Assembly: GCA_043228905.1 (NCBI GenBank)
Contig: JBHGNT010000007.1
Coordinates: 4,464,001 to 4,528,000, forward strand
Direction of reading: 5' to 3'
Origin: Azolla caroliniana
Taxonomy: Eukaryota > Plantae > Polypodiophyta
DNA: 64,000 bases
Shown: positions 1 through 13,102 of the stretch, piece after piece
Layout: every line of letters begins with the position of its first letter
Numbering within the stretch: the first letter of the stretch is position 1
Made by a program: the position numbers and the translations under genes
Notes under the pieces: generated by a model
Databases searched by the model: none
What the model was told of the DNA's origin: nothing
Seen by the model: only the letters and a program-made list of their open reading frames with translations

Positions 1-701
1 TAGGCCGGACAATAACATATGAAAATGGCACTAATAGCAACAATAACAGGTGGTGGTGGCGATGATTGTAGTGCTAATACTTCCTCCTTGTGCAAAAATC
101 TAGATGCTAACAATGAGCTCCTTCCCCCTTTTATTTACTTTTGCAGCTCCTCATGCAAAAAAAAAAACAATAGGTCCTTCTTTGTTATTGCATGCACCTA
201 TACTTATATTTCAGTGGCACTTGGTGTGAGAATTGCGGTGTATGATGCTCTTTGTGAATTTGTATTCCACTAATTCAATCACATGCGTTCTTAAGAACCT
301 CTTGGAGTAGAGACCACCTCGGATTTGTATTATCAAAGTTCCCTAAATTTCCAAGTATATCCTATATGCCAAATTTGAATCTTAATGTGCGAGAGAGTGA
401 GTGGTTGAGCCACCTTTGCTTTTAGTGACTTCGTATAAATTAAAGAGAAAAACAGAAAAGGTTTCTGTAATCTTTAAATGATTTTACAATCGTTAGTTGT
501 CTTATTAATATAAAAATGGCATAATGATCTAATTAGCCACTTTTCATAATCAAATATCTCCATAAAAATTAAAATATTCTATTGTTTCCCTATATTTCCT
601 TGTTACGTAGTATGCATGGCTACAAATTTAATAGGATATATCAATACTATTAGGATATCATTAGCGATGATGTGTGTTTCCATAACTCATGTGTCTCAAA
701 C

Positions 702-718
702 ATATATAATATATATAC

Positions 719-765
<47 letters not shown>

Positions 766-770
766 CATAT

Positions 771-835
<65 letters not shown>
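702..835. repeat. Compound (TA)n/(TACA)n-(GA)n microsatellite
   Basis: Direct reading: imperfect TA/TACA run followed by a GA run; it explains the spurious YI/ER ORFs. Confidence 0.95.
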
Positions 836-839
<4 letters not shown>

Positions 840-2983
840 AAGATTGCTCCTAGTCATGGCAACTAAAGAAGGTTGCAAGGTGAGGTGACTTATGTGCATT
901 AACAACTACGAGAAACAAGTGTTGACCTTCACTAGCGATTACGGACATGATGATGCCATGTACCAACTTATAGTCCTTGTGTGGTGCTCAAATAACGGTT
1001 ACAAATCAAGGAAGAGATGCAAGTACAACGAATGGTTGGTGGAGAAAAATTTAAAGAAACAAAAGATGGTCAAAAGGAGCTAGATTTGTGCAAGGTGCAT
1101 AGCTATGCGAAGGCAATAATCTTAGTTTCTCCAAATTCCGTGAATCACAAAAAACCGTAGTTGTCATGAGTTGCAAAGGGTTTGTGTCAAACTCTTAACT
1201 ACAATTGCACAATCATCGGTCTAGTTTTGTCATTCTTTCTTTTAATATCTGTACTTATATTATGTGTATGAGCATAATTTACTAGGTTGAAATAACAATG
1301 TTATTACGTATAGTGAGACATGGTTTGCAAAGGTTATTTGGCAAAAAAGGGATAGCATGAGCATTTGACTATTGTTTTCAAAACCCATAACCCATGGCCC
1401 TTTCTTCATACCTTGATTTGAGAGATTATAAGAACATGATATTTGACATATCTATCTAGGAGATTTATCTAGGAATAGTATGATGTTAAAATTTAGATTT
1501 CCTCCTAACTTCATGTCTCACACGATTCTCGATAAAATTGAGTGAACTCAATCTAGAGCTCCTCTATTTATAAAAGTTTGGATATTCAGGAGTCTTAGGT
1601 ATTGTAGCAATAGTAGCCTATCAAAAACTCTCTCGCATTAAGATAAATACTCTAACGTTGAAGTTCAATCCATTTCGTTTTTAGATTACACATGACTCAT
1701 ATGTCACACCAGACAAGAATATGAAAACATTGAGCATTTTCTTTCACGATGGCTTTTATCATATTTAACTCTTCCCATTTGTGAAGCCAATGTTTCGGGA
1801 CCAAACTCTTAATATGCATGATCTACTAAAAAACTATGAATATGTTTTTATAATTATAAACACAACATTAAGCTTGTGGAAAGCCTTTTCCAAAATCCAT
1901 ACCAAACCTTTTTCTCTTCTTCTTTTTGCGAGAAAAGTTATGCATACTTGAGTTTGAAGAAGTTGACATATACGCATTCCTAGACCAAACTCCTCATGCA
2001 CGATCTTATAATATTAAACATATCGAATGTCAACATCGAGGCGTACCTTTCAAATCACAATGTGCCAGTAAGTCAAGCACAACAACAATTATAATGATAT
2101 CCATTTCTCTTTTAGTGACGGGTCCAATCACGACGCAAGGCAATCGGGAATTGTGGTGTCGAACAACATGAGGCCACTGGACTTGGCTATCGCGTCCGAA
2201 TTTTAATAAAACCCTAAATATGGCTGAAATTGCACGTCATTGAAACCCACAAGCAAAAACCTCTTCTTCTTTTTTTGCACCGAACTGGATTTGTGGGGGA
2301 TGCATATTGACTATTAGGGTTTTCACACTGTGCTAGTTTAGCACGCGCCGACTCACGTGAAAGAGCACATGGTCTCGTACATACGAAAGCATGTGCCGTC
2401 TTTGTCTTTCATACGGAGATCAAATCTCGATGGGACAACATGAGGAGCTCCTGATCTTCATGTGGCCCCCCTCCCCCTCCTCCTAAGACAAAAACAAAGA
2501 ACACATTGGTTGAATTATGAAAGGTCTCCCATTGGACTTATTCATTCATCTTCAAGTGAGAGGTTTGAAACAAACCCCCAACATATCTAAAGCTATATCT
2601 GTGTGTATTATAATAACCCTTTAAACTTATATGATTTAATGAATCATGGGAGTTTTTACCCATTCATTCATTTAGTTTTTGGGCACGCATAATTCAATGG
2701 TGATCACATCCATCCAAAAGTACTTACTTCCCCATAATCTCTCCTTCAAAAACAAACTACAAATCATAATCTTCGAACAATGAATCCTGAATGATTTGCT
2801 GGGGCTCAGAGTGTCTTGAAATTAGAAGAAAGAAGAAGGTCTAATCGTGCTTGTGGTGCAATTTTCATTGGATTATCACAATTCCTTCATATCCTCCTCC
2901 CGGGCATTGTCGGAAAGTATCCGAAAATTCTCTATTCACATGAATTTGCAAGCTAATTAGAGCCATAATTTGTCGTCCCGAGG

Positions 2984-5519
2984 ATGAATCAGGGCCACCA
3001 ATTGTGGTCATTGTTAATCGATGATGAAATGCAACATGAATCGGGCAATACGAAATATGTAGGCTCTTTATTGGACCATATTGGAATCGGCCGAAGGTCA
3101 CAAGTGCTAAGAGCAAGTTCTCCCCACAATTTACGAGACCACGGGTTCTTGATAGACTACCGGCACAAGCTGAATGGCACAACCGACTTGGGTTCTATGG
3201 TCCGGATTGCGTTGTCCGATCAAGAAGAAGAAGAAGAAGAAGAAGACAAGGAATCATCATCGGATGTTTTAACTTGCGCCGTGCATTCTTTTCGGAATGG
3301 CTCGGCTTCGATGCTGGATAGCTTCGAAAAATCGCAAGATTTACCGAGAACTGCCTCATTTAATGGCTCTAACAAGCACCCGCCAGAAATTATAGTAGTC
3401 GACTCCGAATCCGGTAGTTTCGATGCAAGGGATTGTCACAACACACAAGCACTAACACCTCGGCGATTTTATGACTTCGAAAGCAACATGAACAATGAGG
3501 AGTATTTTTCCTCGTCTTCACCATATTCTAGTGCATCGGGATGGAGCGACCCGATGCAACGTCACAACACTAGTAGTAGTGGTAAAAAAATCGATTCCCG
3601 TCTAGACATACATGTGGTGGAAGATTTGTCCGGAAATGGGTCGAATTATACTAGCCCATGGTTCCCTAGCCTTGACCATGACGAAAGAGAATGGAGATCA
3701 CCTTCTTCACCCCAAAACACTAGCATAAGTCGAGGGCCTTCTAAGTATTGTGTGAGTGCCTTGTTCAAGAGAAGTATTCTACCATTTGTTGGGAAAGGGC
3801 GTAACGACTCGAGCCGTGGGGAGGTGTATGTTAATGGACACTTGATACCCGAATCCGTGGTTATAAAAGCGGAGGTAAAAGCTGGAAATATACACCCTGG
3901 ATCATATTGGTACGTATATATGTGTATAAACATGACACTAAAACTTCTTGGTGTTACTTCACCTTGATGGCTTACTTTTCTACCTCATTGTTATGATTAC
4001 TTTACATGTAATCATCATACATGCATGGGGCCATCTCTAGGTTAATCAATTGCCACTATTGTCTACGTTTGTACGTATAAGTAATACATGAATGGAGTCA
4101 ATCATGCACCACTCCAGTAACATAGGGATGGTCATAAATTGGTGTGTTGTGTTATGGGTTTCAACATATACATCATGGGGGCTAATGATTGGCCTAATGG
4201 ACTCCTACAATCTATGCACAAAAGTAACCATACATGATGAGTGGAAGTAGATTATCCTAGAGATAATATGCCTCATTTGGTCTTGACTCTTAACATAATA
4301 AACATAGGGTGTCTTGTATATTTAGGACTATGTTCCATTGTTAGATTACTTAAATTTTGATTCGATGCGTAGTATTCTTCCCTAGTTTTTACCTTTAATC
4401 ATGGACTCATTAAGTACTTCGATTATTATATTGATTGTTAATTGTAACGTTACTTAATGGATCAATGCATGTAATGACTAGTGTGAAATCATGAAACAGG
4501 TATGATTACCAAGCTGGATTTTGGGGGGTGATGGGAGGTCCATGCCAAGGAATCATTATGGTATGTGAAATTTAATACATTAACGTGTGTATGTACACAC
4601 ACATATATGTACTTATGTTTTGTAATACATTATATGTATAAGCACTTTTCTGAATACATTATATTACATGCAGGAAACCTTTATATGAGATGAAAACCCA
4701 TGGAATATAGAGATGAAAACCCATGGAAAATGATTTACGATAAAATAAATTATCATATCCCTAGGTCATTATACTTGTCTTGAGGCATAAACATTCGACG
4801 AGGAGGGTCATATATATATATATGCCCCTCTTAGGTCTATATCTTTTTGGGACATACATATATACATATATTTGTGTAGTGTATGTATAGATGTTATGTA
4901 AATTTGCTTGCAAATCTAATACTTTTCTTGTGAATATATATATGGAAGCCACACATCGAGGAGTTCATGCTACCAATGAAAAAAGACTGTGCATCAGGAC
5001 AAACATGCATATGTGTGAATGACCGAGAGCTCCACGAGAAAGACCTTGAAATCCTCGCAAGAAGAGGACTACCAAGGACCTCAGGAATGTCCTATGGTGT
5101 TGATATGCAAGGCAATGTGTGGGATAAAGCATCTGGTCATCACTTGAAAAACTTGGGGAAGCTTGCTCCAACGTTAGTATATTCTTATTGTTTTGTTAGA
5201 AATTTAAGTCTCCTAATTCTTAATTATATTCATATTGTTTTGTTAGAATTTTAAGTCTCCTAATTCTTAATTTTCCAAACATAACCCTAATGTGATTTGT
5301 TTAATTGAATACCCTATGTAGTAATAATTTCTTTTCTACAAATGTTTTCCTGGTATGGTTTTAATAACTTAGGGTTTTTGGTCAATACCCAACAAAAATG
5401 GGGACCTTGAGTGATTTTCCCTTGCTCTAATGTATTGTGATATCTTAAATGTTTCATTATAAAGGATTGAGAAGAGGGGTCGTGGCTTTGGCATGCTCTC
5501 ATCAAATTGGCAACTCTAA
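2984..5519 (+). CDS. EDR4-like / DUF3133 ('extra-large G-protein-like') family protein, C-terminal domain; 4 exons
   Basis: Model join(2984..3909,4500..4560,4949..5172,5465..5519), all GT-AG and in frame. It gives VYVNGHLIPESVVIKAEVKAGNIHPGSYW-YDYQAGFWGVMGGPCQGIIM-PHIEEFMLPMKKDCASGQTCICVNDRELHEKDLEILARRGLP...LGKLAPT-IEKRGRGFGM, matching the conserved C-terminus of this plant family. The start codon is less certain. Confidence 0.8.
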
Positions 5520-7064
5520 TGTAGTGATGGATGGATAAGATCATGTGATTAGAAAAAATTCACATGGATATGATGATCGATTGACCGGTCATACATGCAT
5601 CATCTTATATAATGTTTATTAAGGTATTGATCTTACGTTTCAATGATATGCGCTTTTCCATTCAATGACTTCTTGACATTGAATTTTTCTTTGTGGCTTT
5701 TTCAAAGACTTGACGTATTGGATACCAATCTCTTCGTCTATTATGCTCTCTAGTGATCGTGTTTCAAATCAGCATCGGGTTGATTCATTTAGCCTCTAGA
5801 AGAGATTCTCAACCGAGTCAATTTGAAATTGTATAAATAGGAGCAACTTAATTGAATGTTAAGTTATCTTGCCTCCTAATGCAAAGAAGATCATTCATTG
5901 ATTGTTTTAAAGGTCATGACAGTTTCATATGATTAGTTTTTACCCATAACTAGTGGGGAAATTTCTAAGATATGATAGGAGAAACATATCTAGAAGTAGT
6001 ACTTGAAATAAGTTATCATTTGGATTGCGCTTTTCCTGATTTTGTAAAAGGAAATTGGTGAATATAATATATATAGAAACAAAATGTATTTATCACAAAG
6101 CCTTGTATTGAGATTCAAAGAATTGGTTCTACCAATAACAAATTGTCAAATATAGATCTTATCATTTTCAAGGAATTTCCTAACGAGATGAATATGTCAC
6201 ATAATACATTCAAGGTGGCTGGTATCTCAAACTTCCAATAAGCCAAGCTTGTCTTACTTTGTTCTTTCATTGTCATTTGTTTTTGCATTATCTAATCAAA
6301 CTTTATATGTCGTTTTGTAGTCTTCACTTCTATCATTCATGAAAATGTTTTGTATTATTGGATATTCAGCAATATGTAGATCTTACTGAGATGGGAATTT
6401 ATTCCCCATTAACAAGGTAAGTGCAAATGAGAATTGTGTATCGATGCATCATTTGAAGAGATTTTCAAACTACATAAACAATGTATTCTTTTTCTCCTTT
6501 CGCAAAAAGAACTAGACTCATGGATACTTTGTGGGGAAAGTTATGACGTCCTCAATTAAAAGAAAGAGTAAACATTAACACACATTAATACTATTTCCAA
6601 GTGTCACTTGAAATCATTACCCAATGTTCACAAACATTTGACTTAATCCTCGCGATGAGTCTTAAACTCATTCCAAGAGAAAGAGACATTATAAAGCTTT
6701 CTGTTCCAAGTAAAAGTCTAGGTAAAACTCAATTACTAAGATGTAATACCCTGCACACCAAATTGTTTCACGCAAATGGATGGATAATTTTCAATCTTGC
6801 CTACAATAGGGAGTTGTAGTCCCTTGACACTAGTGGCTGAGCTATAATTCAACATATCAAAACAACTTATTCAAAATTGTTGCGATGAAACACGCACGCT
6901 ATGAAAATGCTTTGTAAAGCACTATGATGTCCTTTCTTAGGATTCATAACCCCTAAAATATCTAATGTTCTTATAAATACCTCACACTATGTAACTCTTT
7001 GACCCGTCCATATCTCATAAGAACCAACGATTGTTCATCTAACTATCAACAATACCTAATATAT

Positions 7065-7622
7065 ATGTAGTTATCTTGAACTTGTTGACTTAAGATAGGT
7101 AACAATTAGGTTTTTTTGGTGTTGTATAGTTTAAGGATGTTTTTGCTTAAATGTCAACTAGTCCTTTTTGACATTCAATCAATGCGTTGGTATATGCCTC
7201 TTTGGAACCATCATAAATAACCCATTATGTAGTAATACACTTGAAATTAATGCATCACGGTTTTAATCATTGAATGGTGGATAGAATAGCATAGACAATG
7301 GATGGTTTGTCCAAAGATTAGGGGAGAATTCATAGTGTAAAAAAAATGAATATCTTGAACTCGTTCACTTAACATAGCTAACAATTAGGATTTTTTGGTG
7401 GTGTGGTATAGTTTAAGGATGTTTCTCCTTAAATGTCAACTAGTCCTTTTTGACATTCAATCAACGTGTTGGTATATGCCTCAACCATCATAAATAACCC
7501 ATTATGTAGTAATACACTTGAAATTAATGCATCACGGCTTTAATCATCAAATGTGGATAGAATAGCATAGACAATGGATGGTTTGTCCAAAGGTTAGGGG
7601 AGAAATCATAGTATAGAAAAAA
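7065..7622. repeat. Tandem duplication of a ~280-290 bp intergenic segment
   Basis: About 7065-7345 and 7350-7622 are near-identical (e.g. aaatgtcaactagtcctttttgacattcaatcaa...gaatagcatagacaatggatggtttgtccaaag occurs twice). Confidence 0.9.
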
Positions 7623-9042
7623 TCAATGGTTAACCAATGGACCAATAATTGTCAATGACTAAGTCAACCCCATTGTAATAAAAATCAACCTAAATGGACC
7701 ACTCATTATTGATGAGCAAGTCATCCATTATAGTAAAAATCAATTGTTAACTTATGGACCGCCCTAATCGACCACTTTAGGGTTTAGGGTTTCAATTGCT
7801 CCTTGTAACTTTAGATTTGTGCACATCCATTTTGTACCTCCTTCAGCCTCATATCTCCCCTTCTTTTGCCTCCATATTAGAGTATTTACTATTAAATGTT
7901 GCAAGTTTTCAAGTTACATTGGATTGCAAAGTGGCTGTGGTCATAGCTTTGGCATGTTGTGTTGAATGTGAAGCACTTCATATTATGTTAGAACATGTCA
8001 AAGGTATGGTGACACCTTTGCGTTGTCAATATGGCATGGATGCCATTGCTACTAACCCAATTCTTGGTACAATGCATAACTTGGCAAAATCCTAGGAAAT
8101 AGTTGAACTTGCTCTCTTGTAATGCAAATAGTTGATAGCTTTAGTGGATGATAAAAGACACACAAATGTGGAAAGCATTTGAACTCCATGGTTGCCCTAC
8201 TCTAGAATCAATGTCCAAGGAACCATAGAGAGATCATTTATTTGATGGCAAAAAATCAAAGTTCATAATGTACATCAATTACATCTATTATGTACCGATT
8301 AAAGATAGAGCGAGTTTGGTGGTGAAGATGTTGTATGCAAACATATTTTACCCAATTGTGTGCAAGGATGTCATTGTGTTAAGACATTAAATGTCAATTA
8401 TCTTCCATTTCGTGTAGAACTAATACATATTAGGCACATGTACCCTGTGTAATGATCAGCTATGCCAATGGGATGCTATCCTATTTAAGCACCCCAAACC
8501 CCATTTGGGCAGGTTTTGTTTCAGGAATCTTAAAACTGGCTAGTTAATCCATGAATTCTTATCGATAATCAATCCAACACATTGTCCACACAGTAAATAG
8601 TTTAACATTCGCAGTATTTATTTCAGTTGTAGAAATGGGGATGTAAAAGATACACATAAAACATGTCATGAATAAGAGATAACAACTTGGAGGCAACAGA
8701 CATTCTAATCAGCCACCAAATAAAATGAGTTCATGGAGCTTAACTATGAACCCAAAATTTCGCCATAGCAAGGGAGGGGATAAACTACTTTAGAGTTTTA
8801 AAATTACAAGCATGGGTTCCTCTCATTGTGGATTGATAATGTCAAACAATGCCATGATATCATCCCAAGCTACAACAAAAAACTCTTTGAAATTTCATAA
8901 AACCAGGAAGGGCCAATTTTCATTGCTTGCCATTTGATCAAAATAAGTTTCAAACCACCAACAAATATAAGCACTACCATTATTTCTATACATTGTTTCT
9001 GAAAATATATACCAAAAATGTGTCTTGCTTTTAGTACAAGCA

Positions 9043-10347
9043 TTAAGTTCGGCCTCTTCTCCTCGATCGGGAGCTTACAAATCTGGCGGGATCATAAGGA
9101 CTCAAATCAACAAGTTGGGAATGGCCATCGACTATAAGCTCCGCGAGGGAAGCTCCAGTGGCCGGGGCATTCAAAATACCCCAGCAACTATGGCCGGTCG
9201 CGACATAGAGGCCCTCGAATCCGGGCACTTTACCGATGAGAGGCAACCCATCTTGCGAACAAGGTAAGAAACTCGCTTGCTCGGCAATGACTTGGGCATC
9301 ATCCATCAAATGGGTGGACAAATGGCCGGCCACTCTCCGCAACATCTCTATCGACTCGCCCCGAGGAACTATGTCCTCGGGGTTATCCGGAACATCGACA
9401 TTCTCCTCCGACATGCCACATATATAGACCTCCCCCGTGGGGCGAGGGTAGACTTCGGGGTCCATGGACTTACCCTCTCGGGTCCGATACTTGAGGAAGA
9501 GCGCATGTGGCGAGATGGCGTCTGAGTCTCGGGGCCGCAAAACTATGCTATGTGCTTTCACACCGGAGATGGGCGTTAAGCTTGAGAGGATGGCATCTCG
9601 GGAGGACCACGGGCCCATGGCGAGAACCACAATGTCCGCGGAGACGGAGGTGCCATCGATGACCACAGAGGAGACCTTGGATGTGCCGGTGGCGACCGAC
9701 ACTTTGTCGAGTTTCCCGATGAGAAGGCGGGCGCCCCAGCGGTCCATGGCTGAGGAGATGAGGGTTCGGGTGAAGAGCAAAGGGTGGACTTGGGCCGTGG
9801 TCGAGGTCGAGCCAAGTGTGGATGCGGACAAGACGGTGGCATCCCCATCGATCCAAGGGGGCACAAAAGCCGGGCCGCGCGGTAGGCGCTTCGCCTCATT
9901 GGGGCTTGGTTCATTCAGATTTATGCTTAGGGTATTGAGGGGCCGGTATCCATAGGATGCCATGCCGTCGAGCTCCTCCGCGAGTTCTCGATGGAGCTGG
10001 AAACTGGCCCGTGACAGCGGCCCCAAAGGGCTCGAATCGGACCAATCCAAGGCCAAGAAGCCGCCCGCTTTCCCGGACGCAGCCGATGCCACCGAAGATT
10101 GCTCAACTATGGTCACCGAGAGGCCCCTCTTGGAGAGGAAGTAGGCTGTGCAAGCTCCTACTACCCCTGCCCCCACCACAATCACTGATCTGGGAGCTCC
10201 TTCTTGGGCTTGTGAGGCCATGGTGGATGTGGGTCTGATTGTGGGGAGGGATGAGGAATGGTTGTGATGAGAAGATCTCTGGATGTTGTGTGAAAGAAAG
10301 GGTTTAGGATGATGATGATGAGGAAGAGGAAGAGGATCTCTGGCCAT
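9043..10347 (-). CDS. FAD-dependent oxidoreductase, DAO/glycine-oxidase fold, TDA3-like; intronless
   Basis: 434-aa ORF with Rossmann motif VVGAGVVG, ASGKAGGFLALDW, TTAQVHP, DPEVYPRP and C-terminal ATGHSCWGILNAPATG. The His/Ser-rich N-terminus may be a transit peptide, or the true start may be the MASQ Met. Confidence 0.92.
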   Translation of the reverse strand: MARDPLPLPHHHHPKPFLSHNIQRSSHHNHSSSLPTIRPTSTMASQAQEGAPRSVIVVGAGVVGACTAYFLSKRGLSVTIVEQSSVASAASGKAGGFLALDWSDSSPLGPLSRASFQLHRELAEELDGMASYGYRPLNTLSINLNEPSPNEAKRLPRGPAFVPPWIDGDATVLSASTLGSTSTTAQVHPLLFTRTLISSAMDRWGARLLIGKLDKVSVATGTSKVSSVVIDGTSVSADIVVLAMGPWSSRDAILSSLTPISGVKAHSIVLRPRDSDAISPHALFLKYRTREGKSMDPEVYPRPTGEVYICGMSEENVDVPDNPEDIVPRGESIEMLRRVAGHLSTHLMDDAQVIAEQASFLPCSQDGLPLIGKVPGFEGLYVATGHSCWGILNAPATGASLAELIVDGHSQLVDLSPYDPARFVSSRSRRRGRT

Positions 10348-13102
10348 GGATGGTTTTGCACACCTTCAACATGGTACCATCATCATCATATGTTATCATC
10401 ACACACCCATCCATCCAGTTCAATCCTTGAATGATCTCTTATTAGTTGGTTAATTAGTTAGTTACTACACACATGGATGGATGGATGAATGAATCATGCA
10501 TGTTTCGACATCCATACATACATTGACCTTCTTGTCGAGGTGTCGCCTCCTCGACATAGAGATATGCGAGAGTGCTTGTCACAATGTTGCATCCAAAGCC
10601 GAACCATGCGAAACACGAAGCGCATTTGCTAGTTGATGTGCCCCATTCCACTCCCTTGGATATTGATTTCTTGTTGCTTTGGATTGGTCTTCCTACTCAA
10701 ATGTTCCATGTCCATGTTTTCTTGGACACCACCCCGCGTGTGAATATTTGCGGGCACCTCCCCGATGTCCACATGTTCCATATCAATGCTTTCTTGAATT
10801 GTGAATATTAACGTGATCTTGTTCATGTTGGACCAATGTCGATGTATTTCAGGTGTTTGAGATGCATGATCATGTCGAATTTTTCAAGCACCTCTTGACT
10901 ACTTTTGTCATCAAATATCATGTTTTATTCTCCAACTCCATGTAAATGTATCGCTTTCTTATAACGAATACCCATTTTACGTGTCAAAACTTTGGGGATT
11001 GATTTTTTCAGCAATACAAGTATATGATTATGTAGTGACTTAGTTTCCACTTAGAATGTTACTTGAGTTTAAAGTGAATATCTATATATTTGTCATCCAA
11101 GAGATGTATTGATGGTAGGATGGCCATCAAGTGTTACAAAGATGATGTAAAAAAAGAAGACTAAAATAAGGAGAGTGCTACTTGATGGTGAAATTGATCA
11201 TTGGTCAATCAACCAACCTTTAGATTGTTAAAGCTAAATAGAGGGATGGATTGCCAACCATGTAAAGAAGTTGTTTTATGTAACGAAGGAAAAAGGATCA
11301 CGAGAGAGTTGTAATATATGTGTACAAAGATTAATGCAATTAAATAGAGGTGTTTTAGCCTTGTTAAACCCCGCTTGTGCAATATTTAAAAGAGTGTTTA
11401 TGATTCTTAAAGTGATTATTAAGGATTTTGTGTTAATTGTGTGCTAACCCAAATAGTGTTCAAACCATCTATGTATGATTATTGTGGTAAGATTGATGTA
11501 TGTGTATGTTGAAATCTTGTGTGGCATAACTATCTTTGCATCCTAGGCGTGGAAGTGTTCGTGACCCCAAAACAATAAGTCTATGCCCCCCTACCTACCT
11601 ACCTACCTCCCTCCCTCACTGGGCCCCTTACAGTGAGGATTTGATGAAGCACAAGCAGTGGATTGAGAGGTATAAGTAAGAGGTGTGCGCACAACCTTCA
11701 AGTCGAACACTACTCAAGATGCCCTTAAAAGCTTCCCAAATGTACCATGTTTAAAGTATATAACCTTTAGGTAGTCTGCCTATACTTGTCTTAAAATTGC
11801 CGTGGTTAGATAATTGGGGATAAGAGGATAAACAATAGTAGATTGACTTACACAAGTTGAAAAACACAACACATACCCAAAGAAAAGGACAAATTTTGAG
11901 TTTTCTGACCTAAACCTACTTTCATTATTTATCTTTGTTGAAATCTTTGTACTAACTAAAACCAACAAAACCTCCTTTAAACACTATGTCACATTCTTCT
12001 TGTGAACAAGAAACAAAGAAAGCTAGATTTGTATCAACACCAATTTGTAGTTTTTACTTGAGTTCATTATTGGCTAGAGATTTATCGTTGTCTATAAACC
12101 TTGCAACTATCCTAATCAAGCTTAAAACTTTACAGAAACTCATCTTTATCAACATCAAATTAATTACTTCATGACTTAACATAGTACACTCAACAATCAA
12201 CATTATATTCGAAAAAGCCACATCCTCCAAACAATTTAATTTTGTCCGTAAATATACCTATAAACCTACTTCAGGTTTTATATGATAAAGCTCGTACAAA
12301 TGCGATCCTTATCACAACACATTGTGTGCATTGACACATCAAACTACCCACGAAGATTAATCCAAATGGTGCAACTGTTTTTAATCAAGGTGGAATCAAC
12401 TTCATTATAGCTCTCAGATTAGATCCATGAATCAGAGACATAATGTACTAAAGTGGATGGGACATCTGATTATCTTTTTGACTAGGAAAACACATGAAAT
12501 TTGTCTATTTTCACTCATTTTCTTTTGATTTGAAAGAGTCTCAGATTGGTTTGGCTGACACATGATATAAGCACCATATTCAGAGGATTACATTTGCAAC
12601 ATAATTGATGTTTTCAATTTGCTTTTGCAAAACCTTGCTTACAAAAAAACATGAGACCATAAACTAACGGTCCAATACCCTAAAACAGCAGGCCATATTG
12701 CTGCTGACGACACATCCACATATTACTTACTACTCGGTAGTTATTATCTTCAAAATCTCTCACTTAACAATATACATACATATTACATGTATTTTCCATA
12801 TATAGATTAAATCTACATATATGAGTACAGTTTTGTTCATGCCCATGCCTGTACAAGTTCTACGACAAAATTTTACATGGCATGTATATTTGTACAAAAA
12901 TGAAACATCATGAATGCCGAAGACGATATTTATATACTGCGAAATGATTCTTCCACATTGTTGTTAAAGCTATCACTGTCATCATCCATATACTATATAC
13001 ACATATCTCATCAGAATGCAACCCCGACTTTTCCCTTCCAGAAGACAAATTGAATATTAGCTTCTTTTAAACTTATTATTTTCAAAATTCTCTCATATTA
13101 TT

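Noticed and set aside
616-905. ORFs with YIYI/ERER runs (also 24746-25286)
   Set aside because: Translations of dinucleotide microsatellites.
9043-10347. GC-rich intronless gene in an AT-rich background as possible horizontal transfer, with several overlapping antisense ORFs
   Set aside because: The protein carries eukaryotic TDA3-like motifs also found in plants; high GC3 alone explains the shadow ORFs.
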